A DNA stretch of 55,705 nt, taken from contig JAKLGL010000001.1 of NCBI GenBank assembly GCA_022710645.1, positions 473,296 to 529,000 of the forward strand, in the 5' to 3' direction. The position numbers were made by a program, and so were the translations under genes. This DNA comes from Patescibacteria group bacterium. Lineage in GTDB: Bacteria > Patescibacteriota > Patescibacteriia > Magasanikbacterales > GWA2-37-8. Positions within the stretch are counted from its first letter, which is position 1. Every line of letters starts with the position of its first letter. The notes below the pieces were generated by a model, which did not search any database, was not told the DNA's origin, and saw nothing but the letters and a program-made list of their open reading frames with translations. Shown here one piece after another: positions 55,401-55,705 of the stretch.

Positions 55401-55705
55401 CCATTTCTTACGCCAATCTTACTCCTATCTTAGTGCAAGCTATCAAAGAGCAACAAGCCCAAATCGATGCTCTCAAAACTGCCACTGCTACTCTAACCGT
55501 AGAAAACAGCAGTAATCAAATCCTCTATACCGTAGATATCGGTATGGATATCGCCGGTCGACCCCTACTTAATGTCGCCTCCATTATTGGCGCTAACAAC
55601 AAATGGGAGATAGATATCAACGGCACACTCATCACCAAAATCACCACTGCTTCAGGAGAAGAAAAGAAACTTTACGGTATGAGTTCGGAGAATGTGGAGA
55701 TAACG
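46496..55705 (+). CDS. giant modular surface protein, 3' partial (more than 3070 aa; runs off the window)
   Basis: Read codon by codon from ATG 46496: there is no TAA, TAG or TGA in this frame through base 55705 (9210 nt = 3070 codons). It is absent from the track only because no stop lies inside the window. N-terminal anchor MFKKFIIAFLVVGIVSITAVVWSA. Coherent repeat and domain structure throughout. Confidence 0.9.
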   Translation, partial: MFKKFIIAFLVVGIVSITAVVWSASPPPIISYQGKLLVGGNPATTTLPMVFEIYDALSGGTLLYTASGTLPVTSTIDVLPVRGLFTVNLGDTGTNPIDQEIFKNNTDLYMQVTINGETLSPRKRISSAPYAMNSKYLDGNFATSSPTTTKYIPISDTFGNFELRDVTSTNLYIIGNVTANTVSATAFTLNGDTITSWPTGGGSLPTGISGQLLIHNGSDWIAGNTFTTTTIVRDILPDMTGGLGNVSLYSLGNTTSRFAEGWFENIYLGSSTWKFSQDGSGNLNILNNGTSNGLYIAANGNAGIGDANVSTKFLIDNPQDEIELINDNSMPNFIAPSYDIVVVGDVAYTIKETDFSIYDISDRTNPILISSTSSLANAACLEISGNFAYIGDRDTGSGAHFAIIDFTSSTDMQMAVYASLGGDPRNSKVVGNMLYLVSPGGSGEQLIKVDITNPYAPSAVGSINLIGTEGKDIDVSGGYAYVAEDNYLEIIDVNSFVTTSVASIYANSDVKISGNYAYMAESGGGLRILDISTPLSPVDVGLVESDYGKVWKIKVVGNYVYATIDGRGVEVFDVSNPTTPFSVAFYDTSFGPQNIDADTNRYIYVDAPKPTLILRFNPVVGGAAPYAAIFNGGKVGIGTTTPGQNLSVVGNIGATKGIYLGYDSEPINTGYGLYSRGGQLYWDGSPVGGSSLPSGSTYGDMMYWDGGNWQASGILRLNPSYTNISMDGNTNYGNNSVAFGYGNTNYSYTGAVFGYGNSIYSGTSYASILGGQYNTISNNSPYSSIVGGNGNSVSAWAQGAVIAGGLYNSIGWSSSQSFIGGGAYNSTAGQSPFIGGGYSNYAANNYASIVGGYDNTASGQYSTLGGGYQNNASGYMSVVGGGSGNVPTANYSGIFSGQNNTASGQYSFIGGGGGNYTSADYSAVVGGYSNQATGQYSFVGGGYGNNAAGNYSSAFGYGTVVGGSNSFGINLNTSGFTLSQANTMAIMNGYVGIGTTTPAYPLTVQGNVNITGQYLINGVPLSGGSSQWSTVGNNISNSNSGNVVIGTDQTILGMTPESITDMVANSRYNKGLFVVNNILYFCDYNSGLRIYSLNSTTPELLGTYNYGGGMYPLSNVYVSGKYAYLTYGYFFVIVDISDPANPVYQSSAFSSGSSAGYKDVVAEGKYAYVVGSEGFKLIDISNPKIPVIVRNITSLNTGFNIKISGDYAYIADGSAGLKIFDIRDVNNIFQVGSYPSGGTMSALEIRGDYAFIADGLTGGAFILDIKNKTSPAFVSSFPSVFRADDIAVNDNYVFVAAAAGGVRIYNIENINSPLWVNTIATWNAYGLNMYGTKLLVALYRSPNQLYIYQLQGLKANSAKIATAEIDRLSVFGDADFNGKITVRNSLTVGKEGIISMGPIQSGYGVYLNSSTPATTSYALYNLGGNLYWNGSPVGGSGSLPFGSIGQTMRYGNSGWEATNNVFVSSSGYVGINTTTPNYPLSVQGDINITGQYRINGVPLSVGGGVPAGSNTQIQFNDSGSFGATSTFVWDNINGRLGIGTSTSNSKLTLDNDGGILAIGNFGSGNTVIPSGAGTRLIWLPYQGAFRAGYSNGTVWDYSNIGSFSVAFGSGNRASGYASAVSGGSLGVASAYYSLVGGGLQNTASERFSAVVGGNANTAAATSSFVGGGYFNRTYGMYSSVVGGYSNIASGDSSFVGGGQYNDVSGSSSVALGNKMIVSGNYSFGVNVSNTYAFLNQDNTIALLGGNTGVGTTTPSYPLSVQGDINITGQYRINGTPLSVGGSLPSGVIGQTLINAGGSTWNPTNTLFVNGNGVSIGFLSTSTERLLSVHGDAVINDQLISNQEGGLYFGRTRLSENIWNIGSTTIWVTSTAKMTDQNRNWSSVAMSSNGQYQSAAVYNGYVYISSDYGNTWATSTAAGSRRWNGIFMSSDGKYQTGVVGSGYIYTSSDYGNTWAEKKNDSTRDWRSVSMSSDGKYQSAVANGEYIYVSSDYGNTWTNKESIIKNWVSVAVSSDGKRQAGAVSSGYIYLSSDYGNTWTTSTAAGSRSWYGLSMSSDGKYISAIITVGQFLVSSDYGNSWTTVSPSANWRSITMSADGKYQTAGAYSPAVNRIYVSDDYGRNWYLKSFSGAAEYRGMAMSADGKYQTAVNYGGYIQTNVAGSYSFGNIGVGTTTPGYELTVQGNINFTGNIYQNGSLFSGGGGGTPGGLDGEIQFNNSGSFGATSSFFWDKINGRLGIGTSTPGFKLTMNNDGGILAIGSGDGLFNQQGADLAVTGTGTRMIWYPKKGAFRAGGVIDPSTIGFPTNNIDQWDDDNIGALSFAANLSNMARGGGSTAFGLVNNALGDISFVGGTNNTSSGFASVAFGRGNISSATSSAVFGTANESSGENSFVTGFLNTASGNNSFVGGTYSSAPGEDSFAYGQYAIAYGSRSFSLGSYTQAATGSVAIGSGSFLNPTWASGLQSVAIGSPSQASGYQAVAIGYGAGGHATGSIALGNVGIRAGANYSIGLNASSSLFNMYTPNVIALMGGNVGIGTTSPLLKLSVKTTNPQDGIGVFDNNNRLVAGFGADQFGSGAFGIFNGTNRVITLDGASYSYINSGNFGIGTSTPSSMLTILGNGSTDLFSVGTSTSRELLAVTASGSVKFMNGMLVVDTTALNTARLAGSALGTSVLIEAGLGQDDFFYPLLPEGTSWNGGDLILNPGGMFDWYGGNGLNIRRGNVYIASSSYAANGGRVVVGDGTVLPAQRFTLEGGIYSYSSFGLNKDTMDDSFLVENAAQFIWHPKSASLRAGFFTDTSTVAESNLGNYSFGLGYDVTASGNYSYAFGRNMDVSGVGSFGINLKSFSKTLSQDNTLAIFGDYVGINTSTPGSTFVVQGDAEIYGNFTVCVSPGVCGYVSSTDGSWYTSSDISLKKNITDFTGGLDKVLAMRPVGYEFNNEADANGTSHIGFIAQEMEQILPQIVGSNKVGLKSISYANLTPILVQAIKEQQAQIDALKTATATLTVENSSNQILYTVDIGMDIAGRPLLNVASIIGANNKWEIDINGTLITKITTASGEEKKLYGMSSENVEIT
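47506..48350 (+). other. LVIVD-repeat beta-propeller module 1 of the giant protein
   Basis: Repeats of the type GDVAYTIKETDFSIYDISDRTNP, GNFAYIGDR, GGYAYVAEDNYLEIIDV, GNYAYMAESGGGLRILDISTPLSP, GNYVYATIDGRGVEVFDVSNPTTP. Confidence 0.65.
48671..49410 (+). repeat. Gly-rich Hep_Hag/YadA-head-like repeat block 1
   Basis: Degenerate ~14-aa units: SIVGGYDNTASGQYSTLGGGYQNNASGYMSVVGGGSGN..., ASGQYSFIGGGGGN, ATGQYSFVGGGYGN. Confidence 0.6.
49700..50555 (+). other. LVIVD-repeat beta-propeller module 2
   Basis: GKYAYLTYGYFFVIVDISDPANPV, GKYAYVVGSEGFKLIDISNPKIPV, GDYAYIADGSAGLKIFDIRD, GDYAFIADGLTGGAFILDIKNKTSP, DNYVFVAAAAGGVRIYNIENINSP. Confidence 0.7.
51299..51680 (+). repeat. Hep_Hag-like repeat block 2
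   Basis: SVAFGSGNRASGYASAVSGG..., SLVGGGLQNTASERFSAVVGGNANTA, SSFVGGGYFN, SSVVGGYSNIASGDSSFVGGGQYN. Confidence 0.6.
52130..52965 (+). repeat. BNR/Asp-box beta-propeller module (about 41-aa period)
   Basis: Six Asp-boxes, SSDYGNTW (x4), SSDYGNSW and SDDYGRNW, alternate with W.SV.MSSDGKYQ half-blades. Confidence 0.75.
53441..54025 (+). repeat. Hep_Hag-like repeat block 3
   Basis: STAFGLVNNALGDISFVGGTNNTSSGFASVAFGRGNISSATSSAVFGTANESSGENSFVTGFLNTASGNNSFVGGTYS... Confidence 0.6.
55205..55477 (+). other. Peptidase_S74-type intramolecular chaperone auto-processing domain (phage tail-fibre/endosialidase type)
   Basis: WYTSSDISLKKNITDF..GLDKVLAMRPVGYEFNNE......HIGFIAQEMEQILPQIV....LKSISYANLTPILVQAIKEQQAQIDALK, with the S-D-x-x-x-K Ser/Lys dyad spacing. 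Confidence 0.75.

Noticed and set aside
46434-55705. The ORF desert at the end of the window first suggested noncoding repeat DNA, a pseudogene field, or an alternative genetic code (for example TGA recoding).
   Set aside because: One frame is completely open under the standard code from ATG 46496 to the last base. No in-frame TGA needs recoding, and TGA is used as a genuine stop elsewhere (comM). The absence from the track is an artefact of requiring a stop inside the window.
1-55705. Looked for rRNA genes, tmRNA, RNase P RNA, SRP RNA, transposases and cas genes.
   Set aside because: No sequence with the characteristic conserved cores was recognised by eye. Absence cannot be proven without covariance-model searches.

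Overview
This is a 55.7-kb, low-GC, gene-dense bacterial chromosome segment around the replication origin. rpmH-rnpA-yidD lie divergent from dnaA-dnaN. There are three DnaA-box clusters and an array of four perfect parS palindromes. The standard genetic code applies, since TGA is used as a stop (for example comM ends at 13546-13548). The gene content looks like a Patescibacteria/CPR-type genome, but that is inference only: lamin-tail-domain, cohesin, dockerin and giant surface proteins, a membrane pyrophosphatase, very short intergenic gaps and many orphan genes. I call about 50 CDS, 5 tRNAs (Ser-UGA, Ser-CGA, Cys-GCA, Arg-CCU, Ala-CGC), several hairpin terminators and some regulatory palindromes. 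Main results follow. (1) The last 9.2 kb looks ORF-free in the supplied track, but it is one uninterrupted reading frame (46496..55705, 3070 codons, no stop before the window edge). It encodes a giant modular surface protein with two LVIVD-type propellers, three Hep_Hag-like Gly-rich repeat blocks, a BNR/Asp-box propeller and a phage tail-fibre-type S74 intramolecular-chaperone domain. (2) Directly upstream lies a co-oriented surface-assembly cluster (38885..46433). It holds an O-antigen-ligase-like/TPR protein, a WxL-like secreted protein, a DUF916/DUF3324-like anchored protein, an FN3+dockerin protein and a cohesin-bearing polytopic membrane protein. (3) An AT-rich accessory island (13630..17660) carries a tight six-gene operon: a HEPN-like protein, two PD-(D/E)xK-fold nucleases and three small membrane proteins. 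It is a candidate undescribed defence or phage-derived cassette. (4) A canonical tRNA-Arg sits inside an inverted repeat within tRNA-like debris. (5) Two small-protein genes share a consensus promoter with an embedded GTCGGTT-type inverted repeat. All family assignments are motif recognition by eye; no database search was run.
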